64,000 nt of DNA from Raja brachyura (Eukaryota): NCBI GenBank assembly GCA_963514005.1, contig OY740787.1:22258001-22322000 (forward strand), written 5' to 3'. A program made the position numbers and the translations under genes. Under the pieces are notes generated by a model, which was not told the origin of the DNA, made no database searches, and saw only the letters and a program-made list of their open reading frames with translations. Shown here piece by piece: positions 1 to 9,610 of the stretch (its first letter is position 1; each line of letters opens with the position of its first letter).

Positions 1-611
1 TTGGAAGAAGACCTCAAAATCAATCCAAATTAGCTAGCACATCACACCATGCTCCATGGAGTACTCTTTGGATCTGAAGATGAACTTGTAGGGTAAAGTC
101 TTAACCGTTTTGATGTCCACCTCAACATCCACCCAAGGAGCAGATTAAATAATTGAATATGTCCAATATCATGCACACGATGTGACCAGTAGGGATGCTG
201 CACTCCACCACACCATACGCATTAACCGCACTAGGGGTACATATATTGATGCTGGCCTTGGTATTGATTTATTATTGTTGTGTGTACCCAGATACCGTGG
301 AAAATTGTACTTTGTAGCAAATTGTACAAAACAAGAGTACACCAGGTTGTGCAAAAGGGAAAATAACCAGAGTGCAGAATATGGTGCTGCAGCTGCAAGA
401 AAATGCAGATTAAAAATGTATGGGCCACAACGAGGTAGGTTGGAGGATCAGGAGTTCATCCGTAGCATATAAGAGGGACGTGGGGTCAAGGAAAGAGCAT
501 TCACGTTGTGGCCCTGTTTCCACCAATCTTTCCACCACCACGTGCAAGAAGCACAAGAAGCGAAAGACAGACACCATTGTATGCAGATGCCAAGAAGTGT
601 GTTCAGCCCTG

Positions 612-775
612 NNNNNNNNNNNNNNNNNNNNNNNNNNNNNNNNNNNNNNNNNNNNNNNNNNNNNNNNNNNNNNNNNNNNNNNNNNNNNNNNNNNNNNNNN
701 NNNNNNNNNNNNNNNNNNNNNNNNNNNNNNNNNNNNNNNNNNNNNNNNNNNNNNNNNNNNNNNNNNNNNNNNNNN
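612..775. other. Assembly gap (N run)
   Basis: 164 N bases. Confidence 0.99.
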
Positions 776-779
776 GGGT

Positions 780-1140
780 AGAATCTTTACTGGAATCTGG
801 TGTGACGTGCTTTCAAACTTTTGTATCTTCTGCCCAACAAGAGTGGATAGAAGAGAGAAGGACATGAGGTGCAAGTAGCCCTTGATTATGTTGACTGCTC
901 TCTCGAGGCAGCGTGAAGTATAGATTAAGTCAATGGGGGGGAGGCTGATTTGCGAGATGGACAGAGCTGTGTTCACAACTTTCTGCAATTTTTTGTGGTC
1001 TTGGGCAGAGCAGTTGCAATAACCAAGCTGTGATGCAACCAAATAGGATGCTCTCTATGGTGTCTCTGTAAAAATTGGTAAAAGTTATTGGAGACCTGCT
1101 AAACATCCTCAACCTTTTGAGGAAACAGAGGCATTGGTGT
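780..1140 (-). mobile_element. Rex1/Babar-type LINE, degenerate 3' RT fragment
   Basis: Minus-strand frames give TNFYRDTIESILFGCITAW and, after a frameshift, CSAQDHKKLQKVVNTALSI...LPPIDLIYTSRCLERAVNIIK. This resembles the typical Rex1/Babar C-terminal signature (FYRCTIESIL..CITAW.GNCS..D.K.LQRVV). Confidence 0.75.
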
Positions 1141-2098
1141 TCCTTTGTGCATGTGAATTTTTCAGCCCATCAAGTCCATACTGGTTCAATGTGGAGCATT
1201 CCAGTCAGTCCCGTTACTCTACTCTTTCCTTATCGCCTCGCAATGTGATATCATTAAATGTGTTGATGCAAGAGTGTGCCGAGAGAGCTTTGGAAAAACC
1301 TGCCATCTTTAAATTCCTGTGCATGCTATTAAGTAAGTGTGTAGATAACTAATGTACACCAAGGGGCTATTCACTTGCTGATTTTTGGGCTACGTAGCAA
1401 GAAGCAGAGGGCAGTGGCTTACTGCAAATGCTGCTTAATTATTCAGCATTCACATTCTGTACCTCGAGCTTGTAACCAATGTTTTATATGAAATAGTAAT
1501 GATGGGACATGCAACTATTCTATACAGTGGTTGCTGTTTCATTGAGACAGGCAGCTTGCATTATAAAGAGTTAATGCGGTTATACTTCCCAGCACAAGAC
1601 AGGTCCTGAGAGTATCTTCTTCATTAGGTTTTTTTTTTAAAGTACACAAACAGTACACATCAAGAAGCAGATATGCAGATTTATGTAAAGACTACAGCTG
1701 CAACAATTATTCAAATGTTTGATTAATAATTTATTACAGCAGTAGTTAATTATTAATTCTGTAGCATGATAATCCATTTTCCAGAATTGACTTAACAACC
1801 TCCGTCCCAGAAGTTTACATGACAAGTGGAGTGTGCATGGAGCTGATTTAATTTTGCAAGGGTCTCAAACTAAACTAGACCAGACCGGACTTGACATCCT
1901 CGGGTCAGCAGGCCACATTACTGCAGTGGCAAATACTGTGGAGTGAATGGAAACAATTGAGAAAACATGTGTGAAATTCGTACTGCTTTGCACGGGGCAT
2001 CTTCTTCCATTTCATTTTTACAATAAACCGTCTTGCAGTAACTACTTTTAATGGAAACTTAGGCTCGGCCTCTATAGACTGAGCACCACAACTAACAA

Positions 2099-2253
2099 TA
2101 GACACAAAAAGCTGGAGTAGCTCAGCGGAACAAGCAGCATCTCTGGAGAGAAGGTGCTTCTCTCCAGAGATGCTGCCTGTCCCGCTGGGTTACTCCAGCT
2201 ATTTGTGTCTATCATCGGTTTAAACCAGCCTCTGCAGTTCCTTCCTATGTACA
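2099..2253. mobile_element. Short Penelope-type element, fold-back (inverted) copy
   Basis: Arms ~2098-2153 and ~2157-2212 are reverse complements. Flanked by the 11-bp direct repeat acaactaacaa (2088-2098, 2254-2264). Same family as 16636, 23480, 24068, 38115, 40447 and 57770. Confidence 0.75.
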
Positions 2254-2302
2254 ACAACTAACAAGTAATCGTCTTATTTCATTTCGGAGTCACGTGAGTG
2301 AC

Positions 2303-2338
2303 TTCGTGAAGAACCCGCCAGCACGCATGCGCGACATA
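2303..2338 (+). repeat. DIRS left inverted terminal repeat core
   Basis: ttcgtgaagaacccgccagcacgcatgcgcgacata is the exact reverse complement of 7527-7562. Confidence 0.95.
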
Positions 2339-2475
2339 TCGTCGCTCGCATTGCAGTCGACGGCTGGAGAGGAGCGCGGCTCGTCACCAGCCCTTCATAA
2401 GGGCCACTCAGGTAAGTACTAACAACCTTGAGTTGGTTGTTCTGTGTAAGTAATTGTGTTTTCTTCCACAGAAAC

Positions 2476-4242
2476 ATGGACAGCGGGAAAAATAAAGGCC
2501 GTAAAACTTCTACAAGGAGTTGTCGGCAACCCAACCCGGAGCCCCCCTCCACGGCAGGAGGACGGGCCGGGAAAAAGGCGCGCAAGCCGGGGAGCCCTGT
2601 ATTCACAGGATCCGGTTTACCGACGCAGCTATGCCCTAGCGGGGTACCTGCAGTACAAACAGTCGGTACAGCGCCGGAGCAGGTGCATCCTGACTCCATC
2701 TCGCTCTCACCCACTGGGTCATTTGCAGAGACGAGCAAGAGGGATTCGCGTGCTGCTGCACGGCCCTTCTCCCTGAGCCCTCTTGAAGGAGGCAGGGATG
2801 CAATTCCACTACCTAGCCCTTCGCGGGTTGAGGTCTCACCAGGAGCCACTAGGAAGTGGTCTGGTGAATCAGGCAGGCCCGAGTCCACTGGCAGACCAAG
2901 GAAGGCCAGTGTCGACTCACCACCCAGGGGGACCAGGAGGAGTCACAAGGGTGGAGCCTCGCCTAGGTCACCGCTTCCCCCGCTGGGGGCAGGTCGGGAC
3001 CGTACGCCGTCTGGGTCCAGATCAAGGACAGTCGGCAAGCCCGCGCGGACGTCGGGTCACCACGCTGCGGCGTCAGGTGCCGACCTCTCCCCACCCATGC
3101 CCTTCGAGGCAGCCGGGTCCAGCTCAGCGAAAAGGAGGCTCTTGAGCAGGTCCGCGCGGGAATCGCTCAGCTTCGCCGAGGCGGCTGGTAGCGACACATC
3201 ATCACAGTACCGATATTACCTCGACGAGGTACGGACTGCTGATCGGAGCCTCCGGAGTTCCTTCGGGCGCGAGGCCTCTTACCTCCCACACCCGCCCGAT
3301 GAAGGGCGCTTGGATCGTATGGAGAGGATATTGGAGCAAGTTCTTCTCAAACAGAAACAGGACACACACAGCTCCAGGGGACTCATGGATATATCCCCGT
3401 CCCCATCTATGGACAGCATAAGACCAGATGAGGAGGACATCCTGGTACATGCCCCAGCAGCACCTGAGGTCCCTCAGGAAGATCTGCTGGATGTGGCAGC
3501 CAAATTCGGGTTACCCATATCATCAGGACAACCCCTCAACATCAAACTGGCCGCAACCATAGATTACCTTACCAACCATCAATTGCAGGAGAAGGTCCTT
3601 GTGAAGGCCATGGAGAGACACAAGGCTCCAGGGAACTGCAATTCACTCCACGTGCCGATTGTGAACATGCCAATCTGGGGTAATATCAGCCCGGGCATCA
3701 GAGCGCAGGAAGTGAAACTGCAGAGGATTTTAAAATTACTTACGTCTGGGATCACCGCTTTTGCAAAGTCGGTAGATGGGGTTGATCTAAGCACCGAACA
3801 GGAGGATGCTCTAGCTCTGCTCTGCAATACGCAGTACGAGATCAACGCTTTCCGGAAGAGCATTATTAAACCTTCCTTGAATCCCAAATTTGCGGGACTA
3901 TGCAGAGCACCTCCTACCCCCCCACCTAGACAGCTGTTCGGGGAAGACCTCCCAAAGCAGGTCAAAGAGCTGGATGACCATGCGAAAACCATAGGTCTGA
4001 TGAGACCACATTTTGTGGCCAGACCTTCGGCCAAGAAGACACCTTACTTCAGGCCACGAGGTCAGACCGACAGGCCAACAAGGACCTACGTTCCGGCACC
4101 TCCTCAATATCAACAGCCTCCTCAGCCCAGGCCTTTTTTAGGGCTAGGCCCTCAGCGGCCAGCATGGAAGATGCGGATTCCGCACCAACCACGAAACCCA
4201 GCACCTCCACGTCCCACCAAAAATCCCAGGGACCGCCGATAA
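2476..4242 (+). CDS. DIRS ORF1 (Gag-like), intact, 588 aa from ATG 2476
   Basis: Open frame 2428-4242 with first ATG at 2476 (MDSGKNK). Low-complexity S/P/R-rich N-terminus. C-terminal region VPIVNMPIW...DALALL...RKSIIKPSLNPKF...LFGEDL is typical of DIRS ORF1. Confidence 0.85.
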   Translation: MDSGKNKGRKTSTRSCRQPNPEPPSTAGGRAGKKARKPGSPVFTGSGLPTQLCPSGVPAVQTVGTAPEQVHPDSISLSPTGSFAETSKRDSRAAARPFSLSPLEGGRDAIPLPSPSRVEVSPGATRKWSGESGRPESTGRPRKASVDSPPRGTRRSHKGGASPRSPLPPLGAGRDRTPSGSRSRTVGKPARTSGHHAAASGADLSPPMPFEAAGSSSAKRRLLSRSARESLSFAEAAGSDTSSQYRYYLDEVRTADRSLRSSFGREASYLPHPPDEGRLDRMERILEQVLLKQKQDTHSSRGLMDISPSPSMDSIRPDEEDILVHAPAAPEVPQEDLLDVAAKFGLPISSGQPLNIKLAATIDYLTNHQLQEKVLVKAMERHKAPGNCNSLHVPIVNMPIWGNISPGIRAQEVKLQRILKLLTSGITAFAKSVDGVDLSTEQEDALALLCNTQYEINAFRKSIIKPSLNPKFAGLCRAPPTPPPRQLFGEDLPKQVKELDDHAKTIGLMRPHFVARPSAKKTPYFRPRGQTDRPTRTYVPAPPQYQQPPQPRPFLGLGPQRPAWKMRIPHQPRNPAPPRPTKNPRDRR

Positions 4243-6173
4243 CCATGAAGGTAAGGGGGTCTGGATTCCATGCACTTGCATGTCTAACCTCACGAGTTGG
4301 GGGCAGATTACGGGGATTTAAGGAGGCTTGGGAAACCATCACTTCAGATGAGTTTATCTTGCAAAGTATTCAGGGTTATGAAATTGAGTTTATTCATGGC
4401 CAATTGCCTCCACCCCAGCATATGACGAATCACAAATTTGTACTTTCCAAAAAAGAATTGGCAGAAGGCTATGCTGAAATCTTGAGTTTACAAGACAAAG
4501 GTGTGATAGAACGAACCACACATGAACCAATTGAATTTGTGTCTAATATATTTACTAAAACTAAAAAAGACGGTGGATGCCGGGTCATTATAGATTTAAC
4601 TCACTTGAATACCTTTGTAAAATACACCCATTTCAAAATGGACACATTTGAAACAGCCAAATCTTTGATTTCGGAGGGCTGCTTCATGGCATGCATTGAT
4701 TTAAAAGATGCATACTATTCAGTATCCATTCGGAGACATCATAGGAAGTTCTTGAAGTTTACCTGGATGGATCAGCTTTGGCAATACAAAGCATTGCCCA
4801 ATGGGCTTACTACAGCCCCCAGACTGTTCACCAAACTACTCAAGCCAGTGTTATCTACACTGCGGAGACAAAATCATACGGTCATGGCCTATTTGGATGA
4901 CATTCTGATAATTGGGCACACTCTGGAATCAGCAGAGTTGGCGGTTTCAGCCACAGTGTAAATTTTTCAAAAAATGGGGTTTATAATCCATCCAGACAAA
5001 TCAAAGTTCCTCCCCGCACAGATCATGGACTACTTGGGGTTCACGATAGACTCCAATCGCATGATCACCACCATCCCAACTAACAAAGTTCGTGATGTGT
5101 TTCAAGCATGCAAGAACCTGGTCTGCGCCAGTATACCGTCTATCAGATTAACTGCCAGGGTAATTGGCAAAATTGTAGCAGTATTTCCAGCTGCTCAATA
5201 TGGACCTTTACACTATCAGAATTTACAAAGGTAAAAAATAACAGCATTAAAACTAAATGCTGGACATTATGATAGACCTATGCAGTTGCCGGTTAAGGCA
5301 AAACTTGAGTTACTATGGTGGATTGGCAATATCCATAACTCATTTAAACCCATCATTGTGCCTCGTCCAATGGTATACTTGCAAACAGATGCAAGCTCCC
5401 ATGGCTGGGGAGCTACGGACAACAACAACAGTTGTGGAGGTAGATGGGATTCACTTGAAGCTACTTTGTTGTTAGCACAAGGGATAAACTATTTGGAGAT
5501 GCTAGGAGCATTCCACGGACTAAGAGCCTATTGTTCAAACATGACTAACACTCATGTCCGTCTCCAAATAGACAATACCACTGCGGTGGCTTATCTGAAT
5601 CGTATGGGTGGTACCAGGTCAATTTCATGCAATGAATTGGCAAACACAATTTGGCTCTGGTGTATTCAACGGAATATTTGGATCTCAGCTACCTACTTGC
5701 CAGGTGAGCTCAATACAGTGGCGGACACCAGGTCACGGAAGTTCAATGACAACATCGAGTGGATGTTGAACCCCCAAATATTCACCAAAATTACAGCCAA
5801 ATTTGGTAAACCGGATATTAACCTTTTTGCGTCACGGTTGAACCATCAGGTACCAACATACGTATCATGGGAGCCAGATCCTGGGGCAATGGCGATGGAC
5901 GCATTCTCGCTAGACTGGGGGAAATGGTTCTTCTATGCCTTTCCTCCATTCTGCCTCATCAGTCGGGTATTGCGGAAAATCCAGCTCGATGCTGCCAAGG
6001 GCATCCTCATTATACCCGACTGGCCTACGCAATCATGGTATCCGGTGGTCCTTGGAATGATAAGTCAACCATGGGTCCTCTTAGAGGGTTGCCCACAATT
6101 GGTGACGAACCCTGCCACAGGGGAACCACACCCCTGCCATAGTCATTTGAATCTATTGGCTTGCAGGATCTGA
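4164..6173 (+). pseudogene. DIRS pol (reverse transcriptase - RNase H - adenine methyltransferase-like) with two in-frame TAA stops
   Basis: ORFs 4164-4961, 4974-5234 and 5280-6173 share one frame, broken by TAA at 4959-4961 and 5232-5234. RT motifs: IDLKDAY, LPNGL, YLDD (4890-4901), YLGF. RNase H: TDAS, INYLEM, DNTT, ADTRSR. MT-like: NLFAS, DAFSLDW, YAFPPF. Confidence 0.93.
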
Positions 6174-7150
6174 ACAGGCCACTACTTCAGTATGGTCTAT
6201 CTTCAATGACAATGGATACCATGGGAGCATCATGCAGGGAGTCCTCAAGACGGCAGTACTTATCGTACATCAGGAAATGGGAATCCTATTGTGGCCGCAT
6301 GGACGTTGCATATGACTCCGTCTCCATCACAGATGTGCTGGAATTTCTTGCGGGGCTACACCATGATCAACATCTCAGCTATAGTGCCATCAATAGCGCC
6401 AGGAGTGCGCTATCGTCCTACCTCAATATTGAGGTAGGATCCAATAAATTGGTCTCCAAACTTATGCGGGGGATATTTAATTCCAACCCGCCGAGGCCCC
6501 GTTACAACGTCACATGGGATATTGGCAAAGTGCTGACCCTGCTGAGAACATGGTCACCCATGACGGGGCTCGAATTGGACAAACTCACCCTAAAGGTGGT
6601 GATGTTGATGGCACTTACTTCAGCACAAAGGGTGCAAACGCTTCACAAGGCCAAGATCGACAGAATGATCTCTACCCCTGAACGGGTCACTTTCTTCATT
6701 GATGAATTGCTCAAGCAGCATAGACCTGGATTTACAGGGCTGCAGCTGGAGTTTCCAGCATACCCCGCTGATGCTAGGCTATGCATAGCCACCCATATCC
6801 GCCACTATATCAAAGTGACGAGGAAAATAAGGGGAATGGAGCAATACCTGTTCATCAGTCACAAAAAACCTCACCATAGAGTGACGGTGCAGACGATATC
6901 CCGATGGCTCAGGATCGTCTTGAACAAGGCAGGTATTGACACTGATGTTTTTAAATCCCATTCCACCAGGGCAGCATCAACATCGGCGGCAAAGGTCATG
7001 GAGGTGCCCATGGACCAGATACTTGCCACAGCGGGATGGGCCAGTGAAGCCACTTTTCAACGGTTTTACAACAAACCCGTCACCGTACCTGGAATGTTCG
7101 CAGGAGCCATGCTGGATGCAGGCCGAGAGCATACAGTTACCCCTCAGTGA
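6161..7150 (+). CDS. DIRS tyrosine recombinase (YR), intact
   Basis: 329-aa ORF. N-terminal SAM-like region (YSAINSARSALS), catalytic R (SAQRV), HSTR, AGW, and catalytic Y (FQRFYNK). Overlaps the pol stop. True start is uncertain (see findings). Confidence 0.92.
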   Translation: MQDLNRPLLQYGLSSMTMDTMGASCRESSRRQYLSYIRKWESYCGRMDVAYDSVSITDVLEFLAGLHHDQHLSYSAINSARSALSSYLNIEVGSNKLVSKLMRGIFNSNPPRPRYNVTWDIGKVLTLLRTWSPMTGLELDKLTLKVVMLMALTSAQRVQTLHKAKIDRMISTPERVTFFIDELLKQHRPGFTGLQLEFPAYPADARLCIATHIRHYIKVTRKIRGMEQYLFISHKKPHHRVTVQTISRWLRIVLNKAGIDTDVFKSHSTRAASTSAAKVMEVPMDQILATAGWASEATFQRFYNKPVTVPGMFAGAMLDAGREHTVTPQ

Positions 7151-7294
7151 GGGGCCTTTCTTGTTGTTATTAATAAATATTATTACTTTTTCAGAGAAAC
7201 AGGGACGGAAATTGATTACTGCTGTCCACCTTTTCAGTAGCGTGTGTGATAGCATGGACGTTGTCCAGGGCGTGAAATCACAGAAGCTTTGAAG

Positions 7295-7407
7295 TCTTCA
7301 CGAAATCACTCACGTGACTCCGAAATGAAATAGTAAGATTAAACGAGAACTTACCAGTTTGAAGTTTGATCTTTATTTTATGAGGAGTTGCGATGAGGGA
7401 TTTCGTG
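7295..7407 (+). repeat. DIRS internal complementary region (ICR)
   Basis: 7295-7332 is the reverse complement of 2275-2312 (1 mismatch). 7331-7407 is the exact reverse complement of 7557-7633. Confidence 0.95.
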
Positions 7408-7526
7408 CCCTCCGCTCCCAACCCTCGATCATAAAGTCAACTGGTAACTAGAGTCTCTTCAATCTTACTATAACAAGTCATTTCTTGGCTTGTTTTTTTC
7501 TGTGATTCCACACCGCGGCTTTGAAG

Positions 7527-7635
7527 TATGTCGCGCATGCGTGCTGGCGGGTTCTTCACGAAATCCCTCATCGCAACTCCTCATAAAATAAAGATCAAAC
7601 TTCAAACTGGTAAGTTCTCGTTTAATCTTACTATT
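7527..7635 (-). repeat. DIRS right ITR plus right-end extension
   Basis: ITR core 7527-7562, followed by an extension complementary to the ICR. Confidence 0.93.
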
Positions 7636-7639
7636 AATT

Positions 7640-8670
7640 GCCAAAGATGTGAAAGTAGGTGGAAACGCAGTTTGTAATGAGGACATTGTGAATTGCAATG
7701 GAATAGAGATTAATTGAGTAGCTGGATAAAAACCTGACAAATGGGGTTTATTGTAGTTAAGTGTGAGGTTGCACGCTTTTGAAAGGAAGACTCAAAAAGC
7801 GGATTATTATCTAAATGGAAAGTGATTACAAATGAGTGAAGTCCAATTCTCGTGCATGAATCTCAAATAAATATCTAGCATGAAGGTCCAACAAATACTT
7901 AAGAAGGCAATCAGCATGATGGCTTTTATTGCAAAGGGGGGGGGGAGTTTAAGGATAGTCCATTTTTGTTACAGATGAACAGGGCGTTGGTGAGGCCACA
8001 CGTGGAATAATGTGCACTGTGTAGTCTCATTACCCAAAAAAGAATGCCCTAACTTAGGAGGCAGTCCAAAGAAGGATTGTCTGGCTAATTCCTGAAGTGA
8101 GAGGATTGTACTATCAAGAGAGGCAAGACAGTTTGGATCTGTATTCCTTAAAATACAGAAAATTGAGGGGAACCTTATTCAAACTATAAGATCCGAAGGG
8201 TAGATGTTGAAATCTATTTACTAATGGGACAGTCATGAATGTGGTGGCAGGACTGCAAAAGTATGGGTCATTCATTTAAAGCTGCGGAGTATAAACATTT
8301 ATCTCAGAGATTACTGAATGTCTGGAATTCTCTGCCACTGAGGGTGGTGGTGCCAGATCATTGGATATATTTAACGTGAAGATAGACATAGTTCACAGGT
8401 TATAGGTGCCGAATTAGGCCATTCGGTTGATCAAGTCTAGTATGCCATTCAATCATGGCTGATCTATCTTTCCTTCTAAACCCCATTCTCCTGCCTTCTC
8501 CCTATAACCCCTGACAATTTTTTCAAAGATCAAGGAAATGAGGGCTATGGCGAAATGGCACGGAAGAGGAGTTGAGGCCAGCATAGATCAGCCATGATCA
8601 TATTGGATGGTGGGGCAGGGTTGAGCAGACTGGGACCTACTAATGCTCCTATTTTCTTGTGTTCTTGTAA
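7640..8670 (+). mobile_element. CR1/HER1-type LINE, old 5'-truncated copy, with an inverted CR1 3' UTR piece at ~8385-8515
   Basis: Decayed RT C-terminus (aagtgtgaggttgcac = KCEV.H; gtgaggccacac = VRPH) and 3' UTR tagatcagccatgatcatattg. Confidence 0.75.
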
Positions 8671-9279
8671 TGCTAACTCTTGTTGGAAAAAGGTGTACTT
8701 GCTTGTTTGTGTATTGATATTTCAACCACACATTACTTCTCTCATCTCTCAATGAATGCAGTACTCGAAGGCCCAAGCTTGTCTCTTTCTCAACCCATTA
8801 GGCTTTACTTACCACTGACTTCCTGAAACATTGTTCGACAACATGTTGTTCAACAACATTATCTAATTGTTGCAGGGACCTATCTTATATAATTTTAAAA
8901 TATCTCCCTCTATCCTGATATGCCAATTCAGTAGTTTCACTTGCAGTGCTGATTGCTGTTTGTTCAGTTTCCAATAAGTTGTTCCTTCAACAGACAGTCA
9001 TTATGTCACAATTTCTCTGATATGAAAAATAGCTGGGAAGGGTTGGGTAACGTGGATTAAAGTTATTCCCGATTGGTATTGAAGAATAAAAGGGAAAATA
9101 AATTTTGAAACTAGTTTTTTCTTTTGTCCTTTATAATCACTTAGGAATAACTTTGTATAACTTCGTAATAACTTTGTAGTTCGTACCATACTTTCCCTCT
9201 CTCTCCATCCTTCCCCCTTCTTAGTTCTCTGACCAATTTGACTGTCCCCAGCATCTGCAGTTCCTTCCTACACAAAAGA

Positions 9280-9610
9280 ACATATGAAATAGATGTAGGA
9301 GTAGTCCTTACAAGCCCCAAGCCTGCTTTGCCATTTAATAAGATCATGGTTCATTTGACAATTAGCCTCAGTTTCACTTCCCTGTCTGATCTGTGATTCC
9401 CCTATAATCAAAAATCCATCTCATCCTTGAAGCTATGTAAATGTATGCACTTCCACTGCTCGCTAGGGCAGAGTTCTAAAAGTTCATAACTCTAAGAGAA
9501 GAAATTCCTCCTCATTGCGGGATTAATTGGAGACCTTTGTGCTCAAATTGTATTTCCTTCCTCCCCTCCATTCATCTTCCCAACCAGCAAAGCATCTTCG
9601 CAGCAAATAC
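9280..9610 (-). mobile_element. CR1-type LINE 3' end, highly decayed
   Basis: ccatttaataagatcatgg and gaagaaattcctcctca motifs match CR1 3' ends elsewhere in the window. Confidence 0.5.

Larger units (their letters stand above)
2275..7635 (+). mobile_element. Full-length DIRS1-like tyrosine recombinase retrotransposon
   Basis: Order gag, RT/RNaseH/MT, YR. A 36-bp ITR pair (2303-2338 / 7527-7562). Internal complementary region 7295-7407 is complementary to both termini. TATT is present at both ends (2275-2278, 7632-7635). Confidence 0.96.

Noticed and set aside
410-878. ORFs spanning the N gap (also 48925-50069)
   Set aside because: They are open only because N codons are not stops.
2428-2475. 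TTG-initiated N-terminal extension of gag in the ORF track
   Set aside because: Non-ATG start lying within the predicted leader intron; ATG 2476 has strong context.
2274-4342. Antisense ORFs of 204, 151 and 97 aa within DIRS gag
   Set aside because: Shadow frames of a GC-rich ORF with no recognisable motifs.
2275-7635. Ngaro/PAT-type element, or a prophage/bacterial contaminant (integrase plus methylase)
   Set aside because: The termini are inverted repeats with an ICR, not split direct repeats. RT-RNaseH-MT-YR is the standard DIRS1 layout, and the flanks are vertebrate repeats.
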